Assembly (NCBI RefSeq): GCF_044704955.1
Contig: NC_091980.1
Span: forward strand, 129,890,001 to 129,954,000
Origin: Pristiophorus japonicus
Lineage: Eukaryota
Length of the DNA: 64,000 nt
Reading direction: 5' to 3'
The notes under the pieces are model-generated. The model saw only the letters and a list, made by a program, of their open reading frames with translations, made no database searches and was not told the origin of the DNA. This document shows positions 23,483 through 36,371 of this stretch, one piece after another. The translations under genes and the position numbers were made by a program. Numbering within the stretch: position 1 is the first letter of the stretch; each line of letters opens with the position of its first letter.

Positions 23483-23622
23483 GCAAATTGCAGTGGTGAG
23501 CGGTCCTTCTCCAATGTAAAACACATCAATGATGAGGTGAGGAACCGAATGGGACACGATCGATTTAATAGTCTTTCAGTCATGAGCATGGAGAGTAAAG
23601 TACTGAGAGGACTTGACTTCAC
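23483..23622 (+). mobile_element. hAT transposase C-terminal dimerisation-domain fragment
   Basis: Translates ANCSGERSFSNVKHINDEVRNRMGHDRFNSLSVMSMESKVLRGLDF, matching the ERSFS...R..M...R..L signature of the hAT/ZMYM1-like dimerisation domain. Confidence 0.75.
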
Positions 23623-24108
23623 ACACTGAGCCTCCTCCCAACTTCATTGAACCCTATCAGCATATCCTTCCAATCCTTCCTCCCTCATGTGTTTATCCAG
23701 CTTCCCCTAAAACACTGTCTATGCTTTTTGCCTCAACTATTCCTTTTAATAGCGAGTTAAAGATTCTAAACACTCTGAGTAAAGAAGTTTCTCTTGAAGT
23801 CTCTCTTAGATTACAAATTCTATGGTGATCAGAACTGTGCACAATACTCCAAGTGTTGTCCAGTCAAGGTTCTACATAAATTTAACATGCTGCACAGGGA
23901 TGTGGTTCAGCTGCAGGCGTTCCTTGCACTGAGCTCAGAACTGAGCTAATGGTTAACCCTCATCTGTGCCTTTTTATCTCTAGAATTGACTATTTCAATA
24001 CTCTCCTGCTGACCTTACATGCTCCATAAACTTATCTCACACAAAACTCTGCTGCCCGTAACACACACCTAGTCCATTCACCCATAACCCCTGTGCTTGT
24101 GGACCATC

Positions 24109-24313
24109 TGTTATGTATGTTAACTGGGTTTTACCTGTCAATGGAGGGCGCGACTATCGGAGTCCTAATGGTCACTGGCAGAAACGAGCAAGCCGTGTAT
24201 ATAATGTTGGCAGCCATGTTGAATCCTCACTTTGAGAATAAATGAACTGGAGTAAGGTCATGCCTGAACTAGCTCACCATACTTAGCCTTGTGGAGTTAT
24301 TCGATACATAACA
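24109..24313 (+). repeat. Gypsy 5' LTR
   Basis: Begins TGTTATGTAT and ends ATACATAACA (10-bp inverted termini). Contains AATAAA. Confidence 0.93.
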
Positions 24314-27300
24314 ATTGGTGACGAGTTAAAAATATGAACTTTCACCCAACCATGTCTGTTGGAATTTTGGAGTGATTCATGGAAGGGGAAGACTGGGAGG
24401 ATTTCACTGATTGCCTCGGCTGGTACTTCATAGCCAATGGATTGGAAGGAACCGATAACGCAATTAAGCGCAGGTTCTCCTCACAGTTTGTGGGTAAAAA
24501 ATTTATGGCCTTATCAAGAATCTACTCTCACTGACTCGACAACGGATAAGACTTACGATGAATTGTGTACGCTGGTTTGGAACCAGTTTAAACCGAAGGA
24601 AAGCATCATCATGTCGAGGTATCATTTCTTTACTCACAATCGCTCCGAGGGCCAGGACGTGGCGGAATTTGTCGCCGACCTGAGACGTCTCGCTGAGCCG
24701 TGCAACTTCAGAGCTGCGTTGCAGGAAATGCTGTGGGACTTTTTCGTGCTTGACATTGGCCACAAGGTCATCATTCGAAAGCTGCTGGCTGCTGAATCTC
24801 TCGACTTGAGCAGGGCCATTACGATTGTCCAAGCATGCATGTCTTCGGATGAAAACTCGAAACAGATATCTTCCCAGCATCGAAACTCACCGGCAAGTAC
24901 TGTGCATAAAATAATATCGTCGGCAGGCAGAGCTGCACATGGCAGGGCCTACTCGTCCGCGTTCGTACGACCTGTAACTGCTCAAAGTGTGCCATCGGGG
25001 GCGAATCAAATCTCGCCTTGTTGGCATTGCGGGGGCTATCATTGGGCCCATCAATATCGATTCAAGAATAAGTGTGCAAAGGCGGTGGGGCACCTTCAGT
25101 GAATGTGTCCGCAACCGAGCAAGCATGCTGTGACACACCACGTGGCCGAGGATGATCGATCCAGTGTGGATCAAGCGGCTAAGGCAACTCAACCCGAGGT
25201 ACAGGATGAAGAAGTGTATGGGGTACATTCTTTTACCAAATTCCTCTGATAATGCTGGAAGTTAAATTAAATGGGGTTCCAGTATCCATGGAATTGGACA
25301 CGGGTGCGAGTCAGGCAATAATGAGCTAGAGGGCTTTCGAAAAGCTGTGGGACACTAAGGCAAAAAGACCCAAACTGAGCCCAATTAACGCGAAGTTGCA
25401 TCCCTTCTCCAAAGAGCACATACCAGTCATTGGCAGCGCGGCAGTAAAGGTATCGTACGATGGAGCTGTGCATGATTTATCGTTGTGGATCGTTCCAGAC
25501 AATAGCCCAGTGCTGTTCGGCAGGGGTTGGCTTGAGAAAATTAAATGGAACTGGAACGATATTAAAGCCTTATCCTCAGTGGATGACGCTTCGTGTGCTC
25601 AAGTGCTGAGCAAGTTTCCCTCATTGTTCGAACCAGGCATCGGCAACTTCACGGGAGCCAAGGTGCAGATCCACCTCGGCCCAGATGCAAGACCCGTTCA
25701 TCACAAGGCTCGGGCTGTTCCGTACATGATGAGGGAAAAGGTCGAGATCAAACTGGACAGACTTCAACGAGAAGGAATCATATCACTAGTCGAGTTCAGC
25801 GAATGGGCCAGTCCAATTGTCCCGGTGTTGAAAACTGATGGCACGGCAACGATCAACCGAGTCTCGATACAGCATCAGTACCCGTTACCCAAGGCTGACG
25901 ACCTGTTTGCAATGTTAGCGGCGGGGAAGTCGTTCACCAAATTGGACCTGAATGCTGCTTACATGACACAGGAGCTGGTCAAATCTTCGAAAAAACTGAT
26001 GTGTATCAACACGCACAAAGGATTGTTTATATACCACAGATGCCTTTTTGGAATTTGCTCGATTGCAGCCATATTTCAGAGAAATAAGGAGAGTTTGCTA
26101 AAGTCTGTCCTGATAACTGTCGTGTTCCAAGATGACATCCTAATCACCGGTCGCGATGCCACCGAATATCCGCAAAACCTGGAAGAGGTTCTACGTTGTC
26201 TGGACAGAGTGGGACTCAGGCTAAAACACTCCAAGTCTGTTTTCATGGCACCAGAAGTTGAATTCCTGGGGAGAAAGATTGTGGCAGATGACATCAGGCC
26301 GAGGGACTCGAAGGCAGAGGCCATTAAGAATGCACCCACACTCCAGAGTGTGACGGAGCTGCATTCGTTCCTGGGTCTTCTCAACTATTTCGGTAACTTT
26401 CTACCTAATTTGAGCACATTGCTAGAGCCCTTACACATGTTGCTGAGAAAACTGGGATTGGGGCAAATCTCAAGACAGAGCCTTTGAGAAGGCCAGGAAC
26501 CTGCCATGTTCCAATAAATTACTGGTACACTATGACCCATATAAGCGATTAGTGCGGGCCTGCGACGCCTCTTCATATAGGGTCGGTTGTGTGCTCCAGC
26601 AAGCCAATGTATCAGGCAAACTCCAATCAGTTGCCTACACATCCAGAAGTCTGTCTAAAGCCGGATAGAGCCTATAGTATGGTAGAGAAAGAGGCTTTAG
26701 CATGTGTATATGGGGTTAGGAAAATGCACCAATACATATTAGGGCTTCGGTTTGAACTTGAAACAGACCACAAGCCGCTCATTTCATTGTTTTATGAGAA
26801 CAAAGATATAAACACCAATGTCTTGGGCACTGACATTATCCGCTTATGATTATGTCACCCGCCACAGACCAGGCTCTGAAAACTGTGCTGATGCGCTTAG
26901 CCGGCTATCATTTCCCACAACCGGGGTGGAAATGCCGCAGCCCACAGACTTGTTGCTGGTCATGGATGCCTTCGAGAGCGAGGGGTCGCCCGTCACGGCT
27001 CGCCAAATGAGGACCTGGACCAGCCATGATCCTGTGCTGTCAAACGTAAAAAGGTGTGTCCGAAATGGAAATTGGTCTGCCATTCCCAGGGAAATGCAGG
27101 ATGAAATTAAGCCTTATAGCCACCACAAAGATGAATTGTCTATTAAGTCTGATTGTCTGTTATGGGGTAATCGTGTTGTTAGGCCAAAAAAAGACAGGGA
27201 AACTTTTGTGCAAGATTTACACAGCACCCATCCAGGCATTGTCATAATGAAGACCATTGTCAGGTCTCACGTTTGGTGGCACGGCATTAACTCGGACTTG

Positions 27301-27788
27301 GAATCATGCGTGCATCAGTGCAACATTTGCATGTGACTTAGTAATGTACCTGTGGAGGTTCCGCTGAATCTGTGGTCATGGCCGTCCAAACCGTGGTCAA
27401 GGATCCACATAGACTTTGCCAGCCCCTTTCTCGGCAACATATTTTTAGTCGATTGAATGTGTAATTATGTCATCCAGCACGTCACAGCCACTATTGAAAG
27501 CATTCGGGCAATGATCACTGCTCATGGACTACCCGACGTCCTTGTCAGCGACAACAGACTGTGTTTCACCAGTTCGTAGTTCCAGGAGTTTATGACTCAT
27601 AATGGCACCAAGCACATCAGGTCTGTCCCTTTCAAACCCATGTCTAGTGGTCAAGCGGAGCGGGCTGTCCAAACCATTAAGCAGAGCCAAAAACGCGTGA
27701 CTCATGTCTCCCCACTTGACCCGCATTCTGCTCATTTGTCGGACGAGACTCCACTCGCTCACCGGGATCCCCACTGCCAAGCTGTTAA

Positions 27789-30700
27789 CATAGAAACATA
27801 GAAAATAGGTGCAGGAGTAGGCCATTTGGCCCTTCGAGGCTGCACCACCATTCAATGAGATCATGGCTGGTCATTCACCTCAGTACCCCTTTCCTGCTTT
27901 CTCTCCATACTCCTTGATCCCTTGAGCTGTAAGGGCCATATCTAACTCCCTCTTGAATATATCCAATGAACTGGCATCAACAACTCTCTGCGGAAGGGAA
28001 TTCCACAGGTTAACAACCCCCTGAGTGAAGAAGTTTCTCCTCATCTCAGTCCTAAATGACTTACCCATTATCCTTAGACTGTGTCCCCTGGTTCTGGACT
28101 TCCCCAACTTCGAGAACATTCTTCCTGCATCTGACCTGTCCAGTCCCGTCAAAATGTTATATGTTTCTATGAGATCCCCTCTCGTCCTTCTAAACTCAAG
28201 TGAATAAAGGCCGAGTCGTTCCAGTCTCTCCTCATATGTCATTCCAGCCATCCCTGGAATCAGTCTGGTGAACCTTCGTTGCACTCCCTCAATAGCAAGA
28301 ACGTCCTTCCTCAGATTTGGATACCAAAGCTGAACACAATATTCTAGGTGAGGCCTCACCAAGGCTCTGTACAACTGCAGTAAGACGTCCCTGCTCCTAT
28401 ACTCAAAACCCCTAGCTATGAAGGCCAACATACCATTTGCTTACTTCACCGCCTGCTGTACCTCCATGCCAACTTTCAATGACTGATGTACCGTGACACC
28501 CAGGTCTCGTTGCACCTCCCCTTTTCCTAATCTGCCGCCATTCAGATAAAATTCGGCCTTTGTGTTTTTGCCCCGAAAGTGGATAACCTCACATTTATCC
28601 ACATTATACTGCATCTGCCATGCATTTGCCCACTCACCTAACCTGTCCAAATCAGACTGAAGCCTCTTAGCGTCTGCCTCACAGCTCACACCACCATCCA
28701 GCTTAGTGTCATCTGCAAACTTGGAGATAGTACACTCAATTCCTTCATCCAAATCATTAATGTATATTGTAAAGAGCTGGGGTCCCAGCACTGAGCCCTG
28801 CGGCACCCCACTAGTCACTGCCTGTCATTCTGAAAAGGACCCGTTTATCCCGACTCTCTGCTTCCTGTCTGCCAACCAGTTCTCTATCCACAATACCATG
28901 TGCTTTAATTTTTCACACCAATCTCTTGTGTGGAACCTTGTCAAAAGCCTGTTGAAATTCCAAATACACCACATCTACTGGGTCTCCCTTGTCTACTCTA
29001 TTAGTTACTTCCTCAAAAAATTCCAGAAGATTTGTCAAGCTTGACTTCCCTTTCATAAATCCATGTTGACATGGACCAATCCTGTCACTGCTTTCCAAAT
29101 GCGCTTTTATTTCATTTTTAAGAATTGATTCCAACATTTTCCACACTACTGATGTCAGGCTAACTGATCTATAATTACCTATTTTCTCTCTCGCTCATTT
29201 TTTAAAAAGTGGTGTTACATTAGCTACCCTCCAGTCCATAGAAACTGATCCAGAGTCGATGGACTGTTGGAAAATGATCATCAATGCATCCACTATTTCT
29301 TGGGCCACTTCCTTAAGTACTCTGGGATGCAGACTATCAGGCCCCGGCGATTTATCGGCCTTCAATCCCATCAATTTCCCTCAAACAATTTCCCGCCTAT
29401 TAAGGATATCCATCAGTTCCTCCTTCTCACTAGACCCTCAGTCCCCTTGTACTTCTGGAAGGTTATTTGTGTCTTCCTTAGTGAAGACAGAACCAAAGTA
29501 TTTCTTCAACTGGTCTGCCATTTCTTTGTTCCCCATTATAAATTTGCTTGAATCTGACTGCAAGTGACCTACGTTTGTTTTCACTAATCTTTTTCACTTA
29601 TCTATAGAAGCTTTTGCAGTCAGTTTTTATGTTCCCAGCAAGCTTCCTCTCATACTCTATTTTCCCCCTCCTAATTAAACCCTTTGTCCTCCTCTGCTGA
29701 ATTCTAAATGTCTTCCCGTCCTCAGATTTGCTGCTTTTAATAGCCAATTTATATGCCTTTTCCTTGGATTTAACACTATCCTTAATTTCACTTGTTGACC
29801 ACGGTTGAGCCACCGTTTTATTTTTACTCCAGACAGGGATTTACAATTGTTGGAGTTCATCCATGTAATCATTAAATGTTTGCCATTGCCTATCCACCGT
29901 CAACAATTCAAGTGTCACTTGCCAGTCTATTCTAGCCAATTCACGTTTCATACCATCGAAATTACCTTTCCTTAAGCTCAGGACCATAGTTTCTGAATTA
30001 ACTGTGTCACTCTCCATCTTAATAAAGAATTCTACCATGTTATGGTCACTCTTCCCCAAGGGGCCTCGCACAGCAAGATTGCTAATTAGTCCTTTCTCAT
30101 TACACATCACCCAGTCTAGGATGGCCAGCCCGTTAGTTGGTTCCTTGACATATTGCTCCAGAAAACCATTTCTAATACATTCCAGGAAATCCTCCTCCAC
30201 CGTATTGCTACCAGTTTGGTTAGCCCAATCTATATGTAGATTAAAGTCGCCCATGATAACTGCTGGACCTTTATTGCAAGCATCCTTAATTTCTTGTTTG
30301 ATGCTGTCCCCAGCCTCACTACTACTGTTTGGTGGTCTGTACACAACTCCCACTCGCGTTTTCTGTCCTTTGGTATTCCGCAGCTCTACCCATACAGATT
30401 CCACATCATCCAAGCTAATATCCATCCTTACGATTGCGTTAATTTCCTCTTTAACCAGCAATGCTACCCCACCTCCTTTTCCTTTCTGTCTATCGTTCCT
30501 GAATGTTGAATACCCCTGGATGTTGAGTTCCCAGCCTTGGTCACCCTGGAGCAATGTCTCCGTGATGCCAATTATATCATATTCATTAATTGCTGCCTGT
30601 GCAGTTAATTCATCCACCTTATTATGAATACTCCTTGCATTGAGGCACGAGCCTTCAGGCTTGTCTTTTTAACACACTTTGCCCTTTTAGATTTTTTCTG

Positions 30701-32274
30701 GAATGTGGCCCTTTTTGATTTTTGCCTTGGGTTTCTCTGCCCTCCACTTTTACTTTTCTTCTTTCTATCTTTTGCTTCTGCTCCCATTCTACTTCCCTCT
30801 GTCTCTCTGCATCGGTTCCCATCCGACTGCCATATTAGTTTATCCTCTCCCCAACAGCACTAGCAAACACTCCCCCAAGGACATTGGTTCTGGTCCTGCC
30901 CAGGTGCAGACCATCCAGTTTGTACTGGTTCCACCTCCCCCAGAACCGGTTCCAATGACCCAGGAATTTGAATCCCTCCCTTTTGCAACACTCCTCAAGC
31001 CAGGTATTCATCTGAGCTATCCTGCGATTCCTACTCTGACTAGCACGTGGCACTGGTAGCAATCCTGAGATTACTACCTTTGAGGTCCTATTTTTAATTT
31101 AACTCCTAGCTCCCTAAATTCAGCTTGTACGACCTCATCCTGTTTTTTACCTATATCATTGGTACCTATATGCACCATGACAAATGGCTGTTCACCCACC
31201 CCCTTCAAAATGTCCTGCAACCGCTCCGAGACATCCTTGACCCTTGCACCAGGGAGGCAACATACCTTCCTGGAGTCTCGATTGCGGCCGCAGAACCGTC
31301 TATCTATTCTCCTTACAATAGAATTCCCGATCATTATAGCTCCTCCACTCTATTTCCTGCCCTCTTGTGCAGCAGAGCCACCCACGGTGCCATGGACTTA
31401 GCTGCTGCTGCTCTGCCCTGATGAGTCATCCTCCCCAACAGTAGCCAAAGCGGTGTATTTGTTTTGGAGGGGGATGACTGCAGGGGACCTCTGCACTACC
31501 TTCCTCCCACTGCTCTTCCTGTTGGTCATCCATTCCCTATCTGTCTGTGTAACCTTTATCTGCGGCAAGACCAACTCACTGAACATGCTATTCATGGCAT
31601 CCTCAGCATCACTCATGCTCCAGAGTGAATCCATCCACAGCTCCAGTGTCGCAATGCAGTTTGTCAGGAGCTGCAGCAGGGTACACTTCCCACACATGTA
31701 GTTGTCAGGGACACTGGAAGCGACCCTGAGTTCCCACATAGCACAGGAGGAGCATGACATATATCCGAGCTCGCCTGCCATGACTTAACCCTAAGATTAA
31801 CTTAATTTAGCAACAACAATGATAAAGGTTACCTACTGACAGGGAAAAGAAAAAGAAAAATTACTCACCAATCACCAGCCAATCACTTACCCCTTTGGCG
31901 GTGACGTCACCTTTCAATTTCTTTCTACTTCTTTGTTTACCTTCTGCCCCTGCAGCTGCACCAGCTAACCTTTTATAGGCCTCCGACTCCGGACTCCCGC
32001 CTTTCCTCGACTCACCGACGCTCCTCATTTGAGGGCCTTTTATAGGCCTCTGACCCCGGTCTCCTGCCTCTCCTCGACTCACTGAAGTTCCTCACTCGCG
32101 GGCCTTTTATAGGCCTCCGACCCCGGACTCCCACCTCTCCTCGACTCACCGATGCTCCTCACGCACGGGCCTTTTATAGGCCTCTGACCCCGGACTCCCG
32201 CCTCTTCTCGACTCACCGACACTCCTCACTCGCGGGTCTTTTATAGGCCTCCGACCCCGGACTTCCGCCTCTCT
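27789..32274 (-). mobile_element. Near full-length CR1 LINE 'F' (5'UTR repeats, ORF1 Zn-finger/SGNH esterase, ORF2 APE-RT), degenerate
   Basis: ORF1 pieces 31398-31781 (CSSC..CGKC), 31074-31334 (GNSIVR, HIGTND) and 30835-31062 (DGLHL). APE 29841-30617. RT pieces run down to 27880. TTAA on both sides (27785-27788, 32275-32278), and the Gypsy integrase reads through ...AKL|LMKRGL. Confidence 0.94.
31969..32274 (-). repeat. ~4.6 tandem copies of a 67-bp monomer in the CR1 5'UTR
   Basis: Unit starts (CCTTTTATAGG) at 31969, 32036, 32103, 32170 and 32237. Confidence 0.93.
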
Positions 32275-32820
32275 TTAATGAAGAGAGGCCTCAAAAACAG
32301 GCTCTCCCTTGTACACCCGGATCTCAATGATCATGTCAAAACCAGAAGGCAACGACAGCAATGGTACCACGGTCGCGCGGCTGTATCATGTGACATTGCT
32401 GTTCATGACCCTGTGTTTGTCCTGAATTATGGTCATAGTCCAAAGTGGGTTGCTGGCACAGTTTTGGCCAAGGAGGGGAACAAGGTATTTGTAGTCAAAC
32501 TGTTAAATGGCCAAATGTGCAAGAAGCACATTAACCAAACCAAACTGCGATTCACAGACAATCCCGGAACAAATTGAAGATGACATCATCATTGACCAAC
32601 CAACACACATCCAACCATCAGTTGACCCTTGTGTGATTCATGAAGACATACCTACCATTCCCGATAGTCCTGTCAGACCGACTGTTCCGCAATGCAAAAT
32701 TGGTCCTACTAACTCACCCAAGCTTGGGTTCAAACTGAGAAGATCAACCAGGGAGCGAAAGGCCCCAGACCATCTCAACTAGTAAATGCAACCTATACCA
32801 AGGATTTTAAGGATGAATGA

Positions 32821-33014
32821 TGTTATGTATGTTTACTGGGTTTTACCTGGCGCGACTGTCGGAGTCCTAATGGTCACTGGCAGACAATGCAAGCTGTGTA
32901 TATAATGTTGGCAGCCATGTCGAATCCTCACTTTGAGAATAAATAAACTGGAGTAAGGTCATGCCTGAACTAGCTCACCATACTTAGCCTCGTGGAGTTA
33001 TTTGATACATAACA
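32821..33014 (+). repeat. Gypsy 3' LTR
   Basis: Direct repeat of 24109-24313 with a ~10-bp deletion and scattered substitutions. Confidence 0.93.
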
Positions 33015-33397
33015 TCAGCATTGGCTCCTGGTCTGACAGCGCCTCAAATTCAAGATTCTTATCCTTGTATTTAAATACCCCTCCCTCACCTCTTTTCCTG
33101 GCACATTGATAACATCGGTGCTGTTTCCTGCTCTCAGAATAAACTGCAAAAATTTAATTCACTATGTTTCCAATTTGCACCCTTCTCTCACCTTCACATG
33201 GTCCATCTCTGTCTCTTCCCTTCCCTTTCTCGACTTCTCTGTCTCTATTTCTAGACATAGTCGATCGAAAAATATCCAATGAGTTGTTTGGATGTTGCTT
33301 CAAACCCGCAGATATCTGCAAATGACCAACCCACTGAACAAACCAGTACTCGTAAAAATACACTGACTCGCAAACAACAGAGGATTTAATGAACCTT

Positions 33398-33734
33398 TCA
33401 AGGTGGCCATTCACTGGTGCAGGCAGAGCACGGTCGATGGGGTGTTCTCTCCATCTGCCTGCCTCTCTTCTGCAGCTATGTCCGTGCCTGGGTATCCCTG
33501 GAGAGGGAGCACGCAGTGTCTGTTGGTATGCTGGAGCCTTTCCGTGACCTGTGGGCACCAGAGGGACTGGAGTGCAGCGTGGATACAGGAAACTAACATA
33601 AAATTTGAAAGATTTTTATGTTAGTTTTGGCATAATGTGGATCTTTCAGTTTATTCCCTTTTATAAAGTGGGCACTTATGGTTTAAGTGTTTCCGATAGC
33701 TGATTTAATCATTCCAATTAATTAGCCCAAAGAG
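33398..33734 (+). mobile_element. Tx1-like LINE 3' end upstream of ferritin copy 2
   Basis: Translates YVRAWVSLEREHAVSVGMLEPFRDLWAPEGLEC and ends cccaaagagt. Flanked by the degenerate repeat agaggat..aat.aacct. Confidence 0.7.
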
Positions 33735-33819
33735 TAGAGGATCCAATTAAACCTGTGACTTTGGATATTTGAACTGTGTTTGAGGAAAGTTAGGACAATT
33801 GAGATCCTCATTGAGTTGT

Positions 33820-33990
33820 CAGCCAATGATGTTCATTCTTCAAAGATCTGACTGGCTCTGGGAAGCCATCTAACCTCCTTCCTTTACTTGATTGGTGCTC
33901 TGAGAGGCTGACACTTCTGATTGAGTATTGATGACTGTCACTCATCATCAAGAGTGCCACACCCTGGATTATCCCTCAGTATTAATACAG
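33820..33990 (+). promoter_or_regulatory. Ferritin copy 2 proximal promoter (type A)
   Basis: CCAAT at 33823, ATTGG at ~33891, TATTAA at 33980-33985. Aligns with the copy 1 promoter. Confidence 0.55.
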
Positions 33991-34061
33991 GAGTTTGAGA
34001 TTGATTCAATGTTACCTTTGTACTTCTACAAAGTTTTTATCTCAGAAAATAAAACATTAAG

Positions 34062-34163
34062 ATGGTTTTGCAAGTGTGTCAGAACTACCACCAGGACTGT
34101 GAGGATGCTGTCAACAAGCAGATCAACATGGAGTTCTATTCCTCCTATGTTTATCTCTCTATG
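34062..34163 (+). CDS. Ferritin heavy-B/middle-like copy 2, exon 1
   Basis: [34 protein letters not shown] followed by the donor gtgag. Confidence 0.85.
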
Positions 34164-35025
34164 GTGAGGTTTGTGTTTTTGCCACTCCACAATGGAGACT
34201 ATGTAATGTGAATTTATGAAATCCTGTGCTGTACCCAGCCCACCTATTTCTCTCATCACCACCCCCCTCCCTCAATCTATTCAGTGAATTTTTTTTAAAG
34301 CTATAATATGATACAATTTATTTTCCTGTGTACTCATTAACAAACTCTTTTGTTCCTTGCAGCAGCTGAATCATATTCTGATTATCTTGAATCTTAATTA
34401 CACTCTTTCCTGGGCTCTTATGAGCTTAAAGTTTATTTGGAATACATTCTATGCTCAATGTAAGGAATTCAGAATTTGTATCCTCATTCTAAGTCACTCC
34501 ATGGACTTTCCTTTACATTGCTGGTTCAATGGGTGATGTCATAAAAATAAATCTGGACCATTTTAGGAGGGAAGTCAGGAAGTATTCTTTCCCACCAGTG
34601 TGGTGGAAATCTGAAACACTTTCTTTCCCAGCCATCCCTCACCTCCACAGGGGGAGGATGGGAAGCAAGTGTTACAAATGTTTCTAACCTCTTAATTTTA
34701 AGAACTAGTTTGTATCCTTCTGTCTTTCCTCTAACTTACTTTTTGCTTTATTTCTTGTAAAGGCTTCATCAATTGTCTGTACTCAGTGGCTTCTCCCTTA
34801 ATCTCTTTGCTTCCCTACCCTGTGACCTTCACCAAGCACCTCCCCTTCTGAGGTGTTCTCATAACTATTATTCTGTGGTATATGGTTTGCTTTTGAAGTG
34901 CTTTTTTGTGTTAATGGTGCCAAATTCATGCTGCTTGTGGTAGTTTTAATTCCTTGGCATGAATGTAGTCAGTTAAGCTGAACTAGGTTCTCCTTTTGAA
35001 CTATATGAATTCTGCACTGTAACTA

Positions 35026-35604
35026 GGGGCCCAAATTTCCCCATGAGTTGCACTTTTTTTGGTGTAACCTGATTTTTTTTTTTTTTCCTGGTATCCTTTT
35101 AGTTGTAAATGTGGCCATTTAATTGTTGCCAGCATAAATGGGTTAGTTAGGGTTTTTTGTTAGTTGGGGTCAATTTTTTTCAAAAGGGGCGTTCCCAGCC
35201 ACTTACACCATTTATGCCAATTTGGCCAGAAAAAAGTTGTACTAAACTAATGTCTGGATCCGCACAGAAAGACCTTACTTTGTTCAAGAATCGGTGTGAG
35301 TAACTACATTTAAAGCACAAAGTAATAAGTGATTCGTTAACAAATAAAATAGAAGGAACCCTGCCCCTAAAGCACCAAGACCAAAGTAATAATCAATCAA
35401 TCAATAAATAACAAATAATAAAAAAAAGGACTCGTAACTTGGGGAATGCAGCGGGCTGCCGAAGAGGGAGCCTATTTGGCCCCTCCCACAGCTGCAACGC
35501 TTGTTTGCTGAAATGGCCTGCCAGGAGCTACTGAACATGTGTGCAGACTCTAGCACGCATGTGCAGAGGTCCCAGCAATGTTCTCAGCACTGGGACCTAG
35601 CTCC

Positions 35605-35641
<37 letters not shown>

Positions 35642-35780
35642 TGTTTGTTCTGCACCATGCCAGCTCCACAGATGGTCTGAGAATCGGCCACGATTGCAGG
35701 GAATTTTTTTGGTGCTGCTTCTGAGGTAAAATGTTGGTGGGGGGGGGGGCTTGGAGGTGTGTGGGAAAACACCAGAAGGT
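35026..35780. mobile_element. PIF/Harbinger-type MITE fragment in copy 2 intron 1 (includes poly-T 35609-35640)
   Basis: Starts GGGGCCCAAATTTCC. Internal ttttcaaaaggggcgt...ccact is shared with the TIR element at 46028. Absent from copy 1 intron 1. The right end is not clearly defined. Confidence 0.55.
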
Positions 35781-36224
35781 GGGTATAAATCTTGTTACAA
35801 TTCCTTCACTAATTTCCAGAGCTGCAATGAATATTGGGTGCCAAGATTAAGGGTCTAGTTTTGAGCATGTTCAATCAAAACTGAATTGGTGATCATGGAA
35901 TGATGCAGCACAGGAGGCCATTCAGTCCATTGTGCCTCACTGACTGTTGGGTGGAGCGATACAACTCGTCCACTCCGTGTTCCCATAGCTTGCAAATTTT
36001 TGCAATTCACTAACTTTTCATTTGTCAGTTTCCCTGCAACTGGAGGTGAAATTATCCACCATCTTTACCAGGTTAGTTAAGTAGGTGCTAGTTTCCATAA
36101 CTATGTACATACAAGTTCAATGAGACTGAGCCCTTGAAAGTAAGAAGAGTTTGGCTTCATGTACAGTGCCCATGATCAAGGGTCTGCCATGCAATCAACA
36201 ATTACTCTTCTGATCCCTCTGCAG

Positions 36225-36371
36225 TCCTTCTACTTTGACCGGGATGATGTTGCCCTGTGTCACTTTGCTGAGTTCTTCAAGGAGCAGTCACATGAGGAAC
36301 GTGAGCATGCTGAGAAACTGATGGAATTCCAGAATCGGCGTGGAGGCCGAATCATCTTGGCAGACATCAAG
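36225..36371 (+). CDS. Ferritin copy 2, exon 2
   Basis: ag|[49 protein letters not shown]|gt. Confidence 0.87.

Larger units (their letters stand above)
24109..33014 (+). mobile_element. Full-length Ty3/Gypsy LTR retrotransposon, degenerate, interrupted by CR1 'F'
   Basis: LTRs at 24109-24313 and 32821-33014. PBS-like TGGTGACGAG follows the 5' LTR. gag with Zn knuckle (24437-25102), protease LDTGAS (~25290), RT FQDDILI (25396-26487), RNase H (26589-26900), integrase (26900-27788 resuming at 32275). Many stops and frameshifts. Confidence 0.95.

Noticed and set aside
31969-32274. Regularly spaced repeats as a CRISPR-like array
   Set aside because: Whole 67-bp units repeat with no unique spacers, the context is eukaryotic, and the array lies within a CR1 5'UTR.
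35584-35772. Poly-lysine ORF
   Set aside because: An artefact of the poly-T tract at 35609-35640 inside a MITE.
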